Shown piece by piece: positions 56,131 through 64,000 of a stretch of 64,000 nucleotides of DNA; position 1 is the first letter of the stretch, and each line of letters opens with the position of its first letter. Below the pieces are notes generated by a model. That model searched no databases. It saw only the letters and a list, made by a program, of their open reading frames with translations, and was not told the DNA's origin. The translations under genes and the position numbers were made by a program. This DNA comes from Bacteroidales bacterium UBA5326. Its GTDB lineage: Bacteria > Bacteroidota > Bacteroidia > Bacteroidales > UBA932. The stretch is taken from NCBI GenBank assembly GCA_002408205.1, contig DHQY01000003.1, forward strand, positions 132-64,131. Reading direction: 5' to 3'.

Positions 56131-57521
56131 TAAAAATCAGCTGATTTAGGGGTTCTTGGAAAAGGAATGACATCGCGTATGTTGGACATGCCTGTTACAA
56201 ACAACAGGAGGCGTTCAAAGCCAAGCCCAAACCCTGAATGGGGTGCCGTACCAAATCTCCGGGTGTCGAGATACCATTCCAGGGTTGTCTCCGACATTCC
56301 AGTTTCTTGAATGCGTGCGGTCAATTTTTCATAATTTTCTTCACGCTGTGAACCGCCTATGATTTCGCCGATCTTTGGGAAAAGCACGTCCATGGCCCTT
56401 ACAGTCTTGTTATCGGGATTCTGTTTCATATAGAAAGCCTTGATCTCTTTTGGGTAATCGGTAAGGATAACCGGTTTCTTAAAATGCTTCTCCACAAGGT
56501 ACCTCTCGTGTTCGCTTTGGAGATCGATGCCCCACGATACGGGATACTCGAATTTTTGTCCGCTTTTTAGCAAAATGTCTATACCTTCTGTATAACTGAG
56601 CCGGACAAACCGTGTGTCACAGACACTTTCGAGTCTTTGAATTAGCTCCTTGTCAATCATATTGTTCAGGAACTGAAGGTCCGGTGCGCAATTCTCTATG
56701 GCGTAGCGGATGAGGTATTTGATGAAATCTTCCGCCAGGTCCATATTGTCTTCTATCTCATAAAAGGCCATTTCAGGTTCAATCATCCAGAATTCAGCCA
56801 GATGGCGGGGAGTATTGCTGTTCTCGGCGCGGAAAGTGGGGCCGAACGTGTATACTTCTCCAAGGGCCATGGCACCCAGTTCTCCCTCGAGCTGTCCGCT
56901 TACAGTGAGACTGGTCTGTCTGCCAAAGAAATCCTGGGAGTAATCAATGCTTCCGTTTGGGAGTCTGGGCGGATTCTTCAGATCCAGGGTAGTAACCTGA
57001 AACATAGCACCGGCCCCTTCACAGTCGGAAGCCGTGATGAGCGGCGTGTGCAGGTAAACGAACCCTTTGTCGTTAAAATATTTATGGATGGCAAAAGCCA
57101 TAGCGTGACGGATCCTCAGGACGCAACCAAACGTGTTGGTACGGGGTCTCAGATGAGCGATTTCCCTGAGAAACTCCATGCTGTGTCCTTTCTTCTGGAG
57201 TGGGTAGGTGTTGGCGTCGGCCGTACCATAAATTTCAATCTCACTGGCCTGGACCTCTACGTCCTGACCGCTACCGACCGAGGGAATAAGCTGCCCGTTT
57301 ACTCTCAGGCAGGCTCCTGTGGTAACGGGACGCAACTGTTCGTCTGTAAAAACAGACATGTCACATACTATCTGAATATTATAAATAGTGGAACCGTCGT
57401 TGAGGGCAATGAAAGTAATGTTCTTGTTGCCGCGTTTGGTACGTACCCAGCCTTTCACTTGAACCCGAACGCCGGGCTGCATTTTTAAAAGGTTATTGAT
57501 TTTAATGCGAGAAGTAGTCAT
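56130..57521 (-). CDS. asnS: Asparagine--tRNA ligase
   Basis: Class II aaRS with an N-terminal OB fold. Start trimmed to the ATG at 57521 ([10 protein letters not shown]...), 13 nt downstream of the ahcY stop. Confidence 0.93.
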   Translation of the reverse strand: MTTSRIKINNLLKMQPGVRVQVKGWVRTKRGNKNITFIALNDGSTIYNIQIVCDMSVFTDEQLRPVTTGACLRVNGQLIPSVGSGQDVEVQASEIEIYGTADANTYPLQKKGHSMEFLREIAHLRPRTNTFGCVLRIRHAMAFAIHKYFNDKGFVYLHTPLITASDCEGAGAMFQVTTLDLKNPPRLPNGSIDYSQDFFGRQTSLTVSGQLEGELGAMALGEVYTFGPTFRAENSNTPRHLAEFWMIEPEMAFYEIEDNMDLAEDFIKYLIRYAIENCAPDLQFLNNMIDKELIQRLESVCDTRFVRLSYTEGIDILLKSGQKFEYPVSWGIDLQSEHERYLVEKHFKKPVILTDYPKEIKAFYMKQNPDNKTVRAMDVLFPKIGEIIGGSQREENYEKLTARIQETGMSETTLEWYLDTRRFGTAPHSGFGLGFERLLLFVTGMSNIRDVIPFPRTPKSADF

Positions 57522-57534
57522 AGAGGGTTCAATA

Positions 57535-58929
57535 TTAGTATCTGTAATAATCCGGTTTATAAGGGCCACTGACGGGAACTCCAATGTAACTTGCCTGTTT
57601 GGGTGTCAAATTGGTTAATTCAACGCCCAGGTAATCCAGATGTAACCGGGCCACTTCTTCGTCTAGTTCTTTTGGAAGCTGATAAACGCCCAGCTTATGG
57701 GAATTCTGCCACAGGCTTAGCTGAGCAAGGGCTTGGTTTGTAAATGAATTACTCATAACAAAGGAGGAGTGTCCGGTGGCACAGCCCAGGTTAACAAGGC
57801 GTCCTTCTGCCAGCAGCAGGATGGCTTTGCCGTCGGGAAAAATATATTTGTCTACCTGGGGTTTGATATTTACTTTGCTTATTCCGGGGTATGTCTCCAG
57901 TTTGTCAACCTGGATCTCGTTGTCAAAATGGCCTATATTGCATACAATAGAATGATCTCTCATTTTTTCCATGTGTTCTATACGCACTACGTCGCAATTT
58001 CCGGTAGCAGTAACAAATATCCGCCCTTCTTCCAGGCAGTTTTCAAGTCTGCGGACTTCAAAGCCTTCGATACCTGCCTGCAGGGCACAGATTGGGTCCA
58101 CCTCGGTAACAATCACGCGGGCACCGTATGAGCGGAGGCTTCTGGCACAACCTTTTCCCACATCGCCATACCCGCATACGACAGCTACCTTGCCTGCTAT
58201 CATAACATCGGTAGCCCTTTTGATACCGTCTGCAAGCGATTCGTGACATCCGTACAGGTTGTCGAATTTAGATTTGGTAACCGAATCATTTACATTAATG
58301 GCTGGAAAAAGCAGCTCGCCCCTGCTGAACATTTGGTACAGGCGGTGCACACCGGTAGTGGTTTCTTCACTGACACCCTTAATTTCTGAAACCATGGCCG
58401 TCCACATGCCAGGGTATTCCTTAAGGCTTTTACGCAGTGTGGAGGCAATGACTTTTTCTTCCCGGCTCCCGTTTAGAGAATCGAGGACCGACATGTCTTT
58501 TTCGGCGGCAACTCCCTTATGGATAAGTAACGTCGCGTCACCGCCGTCGTCAACGATCAAATGGGGCCCCTGACCATTAGGAAATCTTAATGCCTGCAGG
58601 GTACACCACCAATAATCTTCCAGTGTTTCCCCTTTCCAGGCAAAAACGCTTATACCTGCTTTGGCCATAGCTGCAGCTGCGTGGTCCTGGGTGGAAAATA
58701 TATTACAGGAGGCCCAGCGCACCTCGGCGCCCAGTTCTTTAAGAGTTTCTATAAGAACGGCTGTCTGGACAGTCATATGAAGGCTGCCGGTAATACGGGC
58801 TCCTTTCAGTGGCTTGTCTTTTCCGTATTTTGCCCTGATGGCCATTAAACCGGGCATCTCGCGTTCGGCCATCTCAATTTCCTTTCTTCCGAAATCCGCG
58901 AGTAGGATATCTTTGACTTTATAATCCAT
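57535..58929 (-). CDS. ahcY: Adenosylhomocysteinase
   Basis: NAD-binding motif GYGDVGKG and full SAH-hydrolase-like sequence. Start trimmed to the ATG at 58929 ([14 protein letters not shown]). Confidence 0.95.
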   Translation of the reverse strand: MDYKVKDILLADFGRKEIEMAEREMPGLMAIRAKYGKDKPLKGARITGSLHMTVQTAVLIETLKELGAEVRWASCNIFSTQDHAAAAMAKAGISVFAWKGETLEDYWWCTLQALRFPNGQGPHLIVDDGGDATLLIHKGVAAEKDMSVLDSLNGSREEKVIASTLRKSLKEYPGMWTAMVSEIKGVSEETTTGVHRLYQMFSRGELLFPAINVNDSVTKSKFDNLYGCHESLADGIKRATDVMIAGKVAVVCGYGDVGKGCARSLRSYGARVIVTEVDPICALQAGIEGFEVRRLENCLEEGRIFVTATGNCDVVRIEHMEKMRDHSIVCNIGHFDNEIQVDKLETYPGISKVNIKPQVDKYIFPDGKAILLLAEGRLVNLGCATGHSSFVMSNSFTNQALAQLSLWQNSHKLGVYQLPKELDEEVARLHLDYLGVELTNLTPKQASYIGVPVSGPYKPDYYRY

Positions 58930-58941
58930 TATTTTTTGTTG

Positions 58942-58949
58942 CAAAGGTA
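58942..58949 (-). promoter_or_regulatory. TAnnTTTG -7 box (TACCTTTG on the minus strand) for ahcY
   Basis: Plus strand reads CAAAGGTA, 12 nt upstream of the ATG at 58929. Confidence 0.45.
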
Positions 58950-58969
58950 AGCAAAATTCAAGACGCTTC

Positions 58970-59740
58970 TCAAATTTGCAGCGCATCCTTAAGGAGTCTG
59001 TATCCCGGAGCGCTTATCCTTACCTGGTGCCCGTTCTTCAGGAGAATCAGCTGTTGTTGTCCGTACCGCTCAATGCGGCTTATACTGGATATATTCACAA
59101 TAAACGAACGGTGAATACGTATAAATTGAAGCGGGGAGAGTTGTTCCTGGATGCTTTTCATGGTCTGTTCTTTCATCCAATGTCCCTCCATGGTATAAAA
59201 CGATATATAGTCTCCGTCTGCCTGGATGTACAACAACTCATCAATGGGGATTACTTTAATTCCGGTTCCTGTTTTGACGGAAATTCTGTCAATTGAAGAA
59301 GATACCGTTTCGGGTGCAGGAAGAATGCGGACGGGTTCCTTAACAGAGGACTTGTTCAGGGCTTCTTTCAGAAGTACGGTTTGCTTCCAGATCATAAAAA
59401 CGGCAGAGAACAGACAGACAATTAAAGCTCGTACCCATAGCCCCGATACAAAGTGATTATAATAGAAAGAGGGCGTCAGGAAGTAGAAAGCAATGGCCTC
59501 GAAGCCTATTACTGCCCCGATGAAAAGAATGCACTGTACGTACCAGGGCATCCCGTATCCCTGCATCCTTTGCAAAAAGATTCCCACCGGTCCGGCACTC
59601 AGCAGACAGGCTGCAGCATCGGCAAAAATAGATCTGACGGAAAGTTCCTGAAACCTGCCCAAAATAAAAGTGTATATCAGCGATGTCAGTATGACAACGC
59701 CGATATACACCAAAGTCCGGTATTTACTTAACCTCTCCAC
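58970..59740 (-). CDS. Membrane-embedded (about 4 TM) LytTR-domain DNA-binding protein, no receiver domain
   Basis: Four N-terminal TM helices, then a LytTR domain ([31 protein letters not shown]....MKSIQEQL....[11 protein letters not shown]). The start is non-ATG (GTG 59740; alternatives TTG 59713 and GTG 59710). Confidence 0.75.
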   Translation of the reverse strand: MERLSKYRTLVYIGVVILTSLIYTFILGRFQELSVRSIFADAAACLLSAGPVGIFLQRMQGYGMPWYVQCILFIGAVIGFEAIAFYFLTPSFYYNHFVSGLWVRALIVCLFSAVFMIWKQTVLLKEALNKSSVKEPVRILPAPETVSSSIDRISVKTGTGIKVIPIDELLYIQADGDYISFYTMEGHWMKEQTMKSIQEQLSPLQFIRIHRSFIVNISSISRIERYGQQQLILLKNGHQVRISAPGYRLLKDALQI

Positions 59741-60521
59741 CGCCGAAAACGCATTCTGCTTCTATAATGAGTCTTTTGTTGTTGTCCTTATTGTTTACCG
59801 GGTAGGCACGTTTGTCGTTAAATGCACCAAAAACGGAGTCGGAGCGGATCTCCACATACCAGTCCTCGGGTACGTATATGGTTACTCCTCCAAATACCAT
59901 GCTGATTTTAAGGTATGTACTGCCTTCATTGAGGTCGGTACGGCGAAGGTCCAGTGACATGCCTCCAAAGACCGTTTCAATGGATCCTCCTTTAAAATAC
60001 GGATCCAGAAAGACCTGATCCGAGCCGCTAAAAACGTGGCTGATACGAACGTATCCGTTTCCCGAATTATGGTAGCTTGTATATCTGCCGTTCCTGCCAT
60101 GTTCTTTGTCGAATGTGTTTCCGCATGGTTTACCGGAACGGGCCCTGGCAAAAATGAGAATTCCCACAATGATTAAGGCGACCGGCCAGATAGTATGCCA
60201 ACCAAGGCCCGAGATCCAGTCGAACCCATAGAATCCTGCAAGGGATGCAATGCGGGGAAGTATAAAGAAAAACCCGATGGCACACAAAATGATCCCCTGT
60301 GTGATCTGCCGTTTAGCCAGCGATACCAGACCAATGGCTATAAGAAGCATTTGCCACGATATGATAACATGTCTCCATTCATAAGACATCCATCCGGCAT
60401 GATAGGCGGTAAATACAAGCCCGATGGTTATTAACATCAGGCCAAAAACGATTCCTCCGGTAGGGAAATGTTGAGGCCTTCTTTCATAATTTTTTTCTGG
60501 TTGTTGATCAAGAATTTCCAT
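59724..60521 (-). CDS. LiaF-like (cell-wall-active antibiotic response, DUF2154-type) membrane protein
   Basis: Four TM helices, then a C-terminal repetitive beta-rich domain (VFGGMSLDL..., ISMVFGGVTIYVPEDW.VEI.S.SVFG...). Confidence 0.7.
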   Translation of the reverse strand: MEILDQQPEKNYERRPQHFPTGGIVFGLMLITIGLVFTAYHAGWMSYEWRHVIISWQMLLIAIGLVSLAKRQITQGIILCAIGFFFILPRIASLAGFYGFDWISGLGWHTIWPVALIIVGILIFARARSGKPCGNTFDKEHGRNGRYTSYHNSGNGYVRISHVFSGSDQVFLDPYFKGGSIETVFGGMSLDLRRTDLNEGSTYLKISMVFGGVTIYVPEDWYVEIRSDSVFGAFNDKRAYPVNNKDNNKRLIIEAECVFGGGEVK

Positions 60522-60555
60522 AATATATAAATTGTTTTGTGAATGATTTCCGGTG

Positions 60556-60563
60556 CAAAACTA
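60556..60563 (-). promoter_or_regulatory. TAnnTTTG -7 box (TAGTTTTG on the minus strand) for the liaF-like/lytTR pair
   Basis: Plus strand reads CAAAACTA, 34 nt upstream of the ATG at 60521. Confidence 0.4.
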
Positions 60564-60640
60564 GGCGCCAGATCATCCGCAATCAATAATAAATCGGTGA
60601 ACACCGGTCAATATCCCGACGAACAAACGGATTAAGGGGT

Positions 60641-61855
60641 CTAATATGCGACGCCCATGGCCTGGCATATCTTCTTTGGGATCTCGGTGTTATCCATTCT
60701 TCCCCCGAAAAGATTGCTGCCGGTTCCTGTGGCATATACCGGAACAGGGATGCCGGTATGGGCCGATGTCGTCCAGCCGATTTTTGCCATAGCGTTCATT
60801 TGGCTGACAAGGAGGGCCTCGTCTTTTTTTCCGTTGGCGAACAGCGCATCTTTCGACTGGCTTTGTGGACCCAATTCGTTGAAGAGCATTACATACTCGC
60901 TTACCGAGCCCAGCGCCAGTCCTCCGGTTTCATGGTCGGCAGTAACCACAATGAGTGTCTCGTCGGGATGTTTCTGTGCAAAAGCAATGGCCACCTGCAC
61001 GGCGTCAGCCATATCGAGAACTTCCATCAGCGCCGTTTTCCCGTCATTGGAATGACATGCCCAGTCTATTTTTCCCCCTTCACTCATAAGGAAAAAACCT
61101 TTTTCGTTGTCCAAAAACTCAATGGCGGCAGCCACAATCCCGGCCTGCGTGAGATCCCCTTCTTCCCTGTCAATGGCATAAGGAAGGTCTTTCAGGTAGT
61201 TCCGGTCTTTATTTTGGAGCAAGATCATTTTTTCGTTCTTATCTTTTAGCTCGTTAAACTCAGCGGCCCCATAGGCAACCGTATAACCGGCCTTTTCTAT
61301 CAATGTAAAGACAGATTCCTGGTTATCCTGTGCACCGGATGGTTGCAAAAAGCCTCCGCCCCCGAAGAAATCGAATCCCGAAACCGGAAGTTGGACTGCA
61401 ATGGAATAGTAATCGCTTCTGGCGCCGGCATGCGCATAGAAGGCACCCGGGGTGGCATGGTCGAGCGTAACGGTACTGGTAACGCCCACCTTATAGCCTG
61501 CATCCTTTATTTTATAGGTTATGGCAGTAAGGTCCGACGTGTCGGGCCGTACGCCCAGCATACCATTATTGGTCTTCTCGCCTGTAGCCAGGGCAGTTCC
61601 GGCCGCAGAAGAACAGGTAATGATATTGCTGGCGCTATAGGTTGTGGCTGTCCCCAGGACCGGAAACTGCGAAAAATTCAGGGGATAATTTCCTATTTTC
61701 CCGTCTTGCGCAGCCTGGTATGCTTCTGCCAGGGCAACCTGACCCAGGCCCATGCCGTCACCAATAAAGAAGAAAACATACTTTGCGACAGGTGTTTTTT
61801 CCTGACAGCCTGATAAACAGATAAGAAATAATAATATGGATAAAAAACGTCTCAT
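60641..61855 (-). CDS. Alkaline phosphatase family lipoprotein
   Basis: Start trimmed to the ATG at 61855 (MRRFLSILLFLICLSGCQEK, lipobox). Motifs FFIGDGMG, TADHETGG. Confidence 0.88.
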   Translation of the reverse strand: MRRFLSILLFLICLSGCQEKTPVAKYVFFFIGDGMGLGQVALAEAYQAAQDGKIGNYPLNFSQFPVLGTATTYSASNIITCSSAAGTALATGEKTNNGMLGVRPDTSDLTAITYKIKDAGYKVGVTSTVTLDHATPGAFYAHAGARSDYYSIAVQLPVSGFDFFGGGGFLQPSGAQDNQESVFTLIEKAGYTVAYGAAEFNELKDKNEKMILLQNKDRNYLKDLPYAIDREEGDLTQAGIVAAAIEFLDNEKGFFLMSEGGKIDWACHSNDGKTALMEVLDMADAVQVAIAFAQKHPDETLIVVTADHETGGLALGSVSEYVMLFNELGPQSQSKDALFANGKKDEALLVSQMNAMAKIGWTTSAHTGIPVPVYATGTGSNLFGGRMDNTEIPKKICQAMGVAY

Positions 61856-61875
61856 TATAAAAAAATATGATGTAA

Positions 61876-61883
61876 CAAAAGTA
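61876..61883 (-). promoter_or_regulatory. TAnnTTTG -7 box (TACTTTTG on the minus strand) for the alkaline phosphatase gene
   Basis: Plus strand reads CAAAAGTA, 20 nt upstream of the ATG at 61855. Confidence 0.4.
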
Positions 61884-61924
61884 AAAAAAAGAGAGCCAAT
61901 GTCAAGACACGGCTCTCTTTTTTC
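61883..61924 (-). terminator. Rho-independent (bidirectional-type) terminator after the exbB-exbD-exbD operon
   Basis: 8-bp stem AGAGAGCC (61890-61897) / GGCTCTCT (61911-61918) with a 13-nt loop, flanked by an A run and a T run. On the minus strand the stem is followed by TTTTTTTT. Confidence 0.8.
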
Positions 61925-61937
61925 TTTAGATAAAAAA

Positions 61938-62417
61938 TCAGAATGATGTGTTTTCAACCTTTTTACGTGTCGAATACATGATCTTAAGTGCAGAACAACG
62001 GCGAAGCTCTTGCTTTACGTCAGTTACGATACCCATACGGACACTTTCATCTACTTTTAGATTTACTGTCATAAAAGGACGGTCTGCTTCCGACATGGAT
62101 TCGCGGGCAGCTGCCACAAAGTCACGGATATCTTCCACAGTACTGAAAGAATCGTTCAACTGGATGCGGGCATCGGTTCCGTATTGAGCCTGATAGACCT
62201 GAAGAGGAGTTCCTATGTTAATGTAACTGGCCAGGTCCTTACGCTCCAATTTGGCAATTTCGGTGGCCTCAGGTACTTTAACCATAACAACCCGTTCGGT
62301 CTGACGGAAACTAACACTGACCATAAAGAAGAACAAAAGCATGAACACTACGTCGGGCAATGAAGCCGTACTGATAGGTTTTAAGCCTTTATCACGTTTG
62401 GTTTTGAATTTTGCCAT
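61938..62417 (-). CDS. exbD: ExbD/TolR family biopolymer transport protein
   Basis: 159 aa. N-terminal TM helix (SLPDVVFMLLFFFMV), then an ExbD periplasmic domain. Confidence 0.88.
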   Translation of the reverse strand: MAKFKTKRDKGLKPISTASLPDVVFMLLFFFMVSVSFRQTERVVMVKVPEATEIAKLERKDLASYINIGTPLQVYQAQYGTDARIQLNDSFSTVEDIRDFVAAARESMSEADRPFMTVNLKVDESVRMGIVTDVKQELRRCSALKIMYSTRKKVENTSF

Positions 62418-62429
62418 AGTACTTGTCTC

Positions 62430-63011
62430 CTATCTTCTGGTTTTAGTAACTTCTCTGGGCTCTTGTTCGGAAATGTTCTGAGGAATGGCCTCACGCGCAA
62501 TTTCCTGTTGAGTTTCGTCCAGCGCAGCGTATTTCTTTCCCCAATGTTGCATGGCGAATTCGTCCCGAACTTCATTGAACGCTTTCATTAATTCGTTTTG
62601 CACCTGTATATAGGCTTCATAAGAAGTACCACGGTCATTCTGAAGGGATACAACGGCCCGGGATACCATGTAGGGCCCGAAGCCTTCTATGTTCTTTTCC
62701 TTTTTTTCCGGAAGGTTAGGCAGATTCGCAGGGTTGGTGATGAATTCCTTGACTTTGTCTTTTAACATGTAGATCTCCATTGGCTGTCCTCCGGCAAACA
62801 AACGGTCACTCCTGTTGATCAGTACCACCATGATATTCCGTTTGTTAATTTGCTCGGCTTCTACTTTTTGATTTTCGTCCGGCATAGGAGGGAGACGGCG
62901 TTGAATACCTTTATCCACGTCCATGGAAGTCGTCACCAGAAAGAAAATAAGCAGCAGGAAAGCTATATCTGCCATTGAGCCTGCATTAATTTCCGGTGTT
63001 GGTTTTGCCAT
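62430..63011 (-). CDS. exbD: ExbD/TolR family biopolymer transport protein
   Basis: 193 aa. N-terminal motif NAGSMADIAFLLLIFFLVT, then an ExbD-like domain. Confidence 0.88.
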   Translation of the reverse strand: MAKPTPEINAGSMADIAFLLLIFFLVTTSMDVDKGIQRRLPPMPDENQKVEAEQINKRNIMVVLINRSDRLFAGGQPMEIYMLKDKVKEFITNPANLPNLPEKKEKNIEGFGPYMVSRAVVSLQNDRGTSYEAYIQVQNELMKAFNEVRDEFAMQHWGKKYAALDETQQEIAREAIPQNISEQEPREVTKTRR

Positions 63012-63031
63012 AATATAATAGTTTTACTGAA

Positions 63032-63457
63032 TTAATTTTTTTTAAGGCCATTAAATACAGAACCGCCAACAATGGATATTAATGCAACTCCAAGAAGGAA
63101 GTATGTTACTAAAAGGCCTGTCTCGGTTAATTTCACGGCAGAACCTTCATGAACTGCTCCCGAGGCCAGGACGACCGGAGTTGCAGGGGCAAGAAGATAT
63201 GCACCTCCAAGGACAACAATAGTCCCGACAAGGATTAAGATGACGGACTTGAAATTAGTCTTGCGTTGCCTGAAGGTCAGTATAGGCAATGCAATGATTA
63301 ATACAATCGCAAGCGCAAGCATAATATATGCCCAATCAAGAAAGGCATATGTCCAGCCTTCCACGTTATTCCCGCCTATATTGATATAATATAAAACGGT
63401 CATAACCAAGCTGACAGCCATGAGGGCAATAAGGGATATTTTCGCTAATTTATTCAT
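63032..63457 (-). CDS. Small 4-TM membrane protein embedded in the exbBD cluster, function unknown
   Basis: 141 aa with four hydrophobic helices, located between exbB and exbD. No family recognised. Confidence 0.6.
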   Translation of the reverse strand: MNKLAKISLIALMAVSLVMTVLYYINIGGNNVEGWTYAFLDWAYIMLALAIVLIIALPILTFRQRKTNFKSVILILVGTIVVLGGAYLLAPATPVVLASGAVHEGSAVKLTETGLLVTYFLLGVALISIVGGSVFNGLKKN

Positions 63458-63466
63458 TGTTGCGAT

Positions 63467-64000
63467 TTATTTTTCGTATTTTACCAACATATCAATGAGG
63501 GCAATAGAGGCATCTTCCATCTGAACGGTGATCTTCTCGATTTTTGACAGCAGGTAGTTGTAAAAAAGCTGGAGGATGATAGCTACAATCAAACCACCAA
63601 TGGTTGTGATCAAAGCAACTTTAATACCACCGGCAACAACGGTCGGGGAAATATCTCCGGCAGCTTCGATGGCGTCGAATGCAGCAACCATCCCGACAAC
63701 AGTACCAAGGAATCCCAACATAGGGGCAATGGCAATAAAAAGCTGGATCCAGGAAAGGTTCTTTTCAAGGAATGTCATTTGAACACCTCCATAAGAAGTC
63801 ACTGATTTTTCTACAGCTTCAAGGCCCTGATCTGCACGGGAAAGTCCCTGATAGAAAATACTGGCCACGGGGCCACGGGTGTTGCGGCATACTTCCATTG
63901 CTGCAGGAGCACCTCCGTCTTTCAGTGCTGCGTCAATTTTAGGAAGGAATTTTTCTGTATTGGTCTCTGAAAGTGTTAGATAAAGGATACGCTCAATAGC
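63467..64000 (-). CDS. exbB: MotA/TolQ/ExbB proton-channel protein (5' end beyond the window)
   Basis: C-terminal ExbB signature (LIAIAPMLGFLGTVVGMVAAF...GGIKVALITTIGGLIVAI). The reading frame appears to stay open upstream of the first listed Met to the window edge. Confidence 0.85.
   Translation of the reverse strand, partial: AIERILYLTLSETNTEKFLPKIDAALKDGGAPAAMEVCRNTRGPVASIFYQGLSRADQGLEAVEKSVTSYGGVQMTFLEKNLSWIQLFIAIAPMLGFLGTVVGMVAAFDAIEAAGDISPTVVAGGIKVALITTIGGLIVAIILQLFYNYLLSKIEKITVQMEDASIALIDMLVKYEK

Noticed and set aside
56802-57488. 228-aa ORF antisense to asnS. Similar long antisense ORFs occur at 11858-12481 (dnaG), 3797-4306 (HU-like gene), 26845-27420 (apbE), 34375-34884 (M28-TonB) and 35953-36459 (leuS).
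   Set aside because: All lie fully inside confidently identified genes on the other strand, lack motifs and promoter boxes, and have skewed Ser/Arg/Gly-rich composition typical of antisense frames.
60590-60610. CGGTGAACACCG palindrome as an RNA hairpin or terminator after the alkaline phosphatase gene.
   Set aside because: A 5-bp stem with a 2-nt loop is not a viable RNA hairpin, and no U tract follows. It is retained only as a speculative DNA operator element within the LiaF/LytTR finding.
61856-61957. Long version of the alkaline phosphatase ORF (start 61957) overlapping exbD, which would suggest an exbBD-phoA operon.
   Set aside because: A strong hairpin plus T-run terminator (61883-61924) and a TACTTTTG box (61876-61883) lie inside the extension. 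The ATG at 61855 gives a proper lipoprotein signal peptide.
1-64000. Scan for CRISPR arrays, rRNA genes, transposases, integrases, toxin-antitoxin pairs or long direct or inverted repeats.
   Set aside because: By eye I found no spaced direct repeats, IS-like ORFs or rRNA-like sequence. The only low-complexity DNA is coding: the GGN tract at 29880-30012 and the PE-linker at about 54590-54650. A computational repeat search is still advisable.

Overview
This is a densely packed, almost entirely housekeeping chromosomal segment. It looks like a Bacteroidales (phylum Bacteroidota) genome: many genes are preceded by the Bacteroidetes-type TAnnTTTG '-7' promoter box, Shine-Dalgarno sequences are largely absent, and FISUMP, HU-CCDC81, SPOR and TonB_C lipoprotein architectures are present. 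I call about 62 protein genes. They include nadBCA, an ApgM-like gene with thrC, mntP, ansB, metG, dnaG, trpS, aroA-aroC, recA, rlmN-recX and prfB. They also include an AddA-like helicase-nuclease, a Tat-exported D-aminoacylase with two apbE genes, a FISUMP-TPM-TPM cluster, phoH, capA, gcvT, leuS and trkA. The remainder includes folE, cca, holA, alr, tdk, a split 5'-nucleotidase, a NatAB-like ABC pair, rsmI, udk, asnS, ahcY, an alkaline phosphatase and an exbB-exbD-exbD cluster. There are three tRNAs (Ile-GAU, Ala-UGC, Asn-GUU) and four convincing intrinsic terminators. I saw no rRNA, CRISPR array, transposase, integrase, prophage or recognisable defence island. I cannot honestly point to a large novel multi-gene system. 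The best leads are small-scale. (1) An Ile/Thr-rich 20-codon leader ORF sits upstream of the ApgM-like/thrC genes, and its control codons are perfectly complementary (11 bp) to the sequence just upstream of the first structural start codon. (2) An unannotated 54-codon Trp-rich small membrane ORF has its own promoter box and terminator. (3) A kinase-less LiaF-like plus membrane-embedded LytTR gene pair. (4) A 7-TM AraC regulator translationally coupled to a soluble AraC paralog. (5) An A8 homopolymer governs a 167-nt capA/phoH overlap, and phoH has a tail encoded antisense to a Gly-rich ygcG tail. (6) prfB has a canonical +1 frameshift site with an SD-like stimulator. All calls come from manual reading of the sequence and ORF track. 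No searches or folding programs were run.
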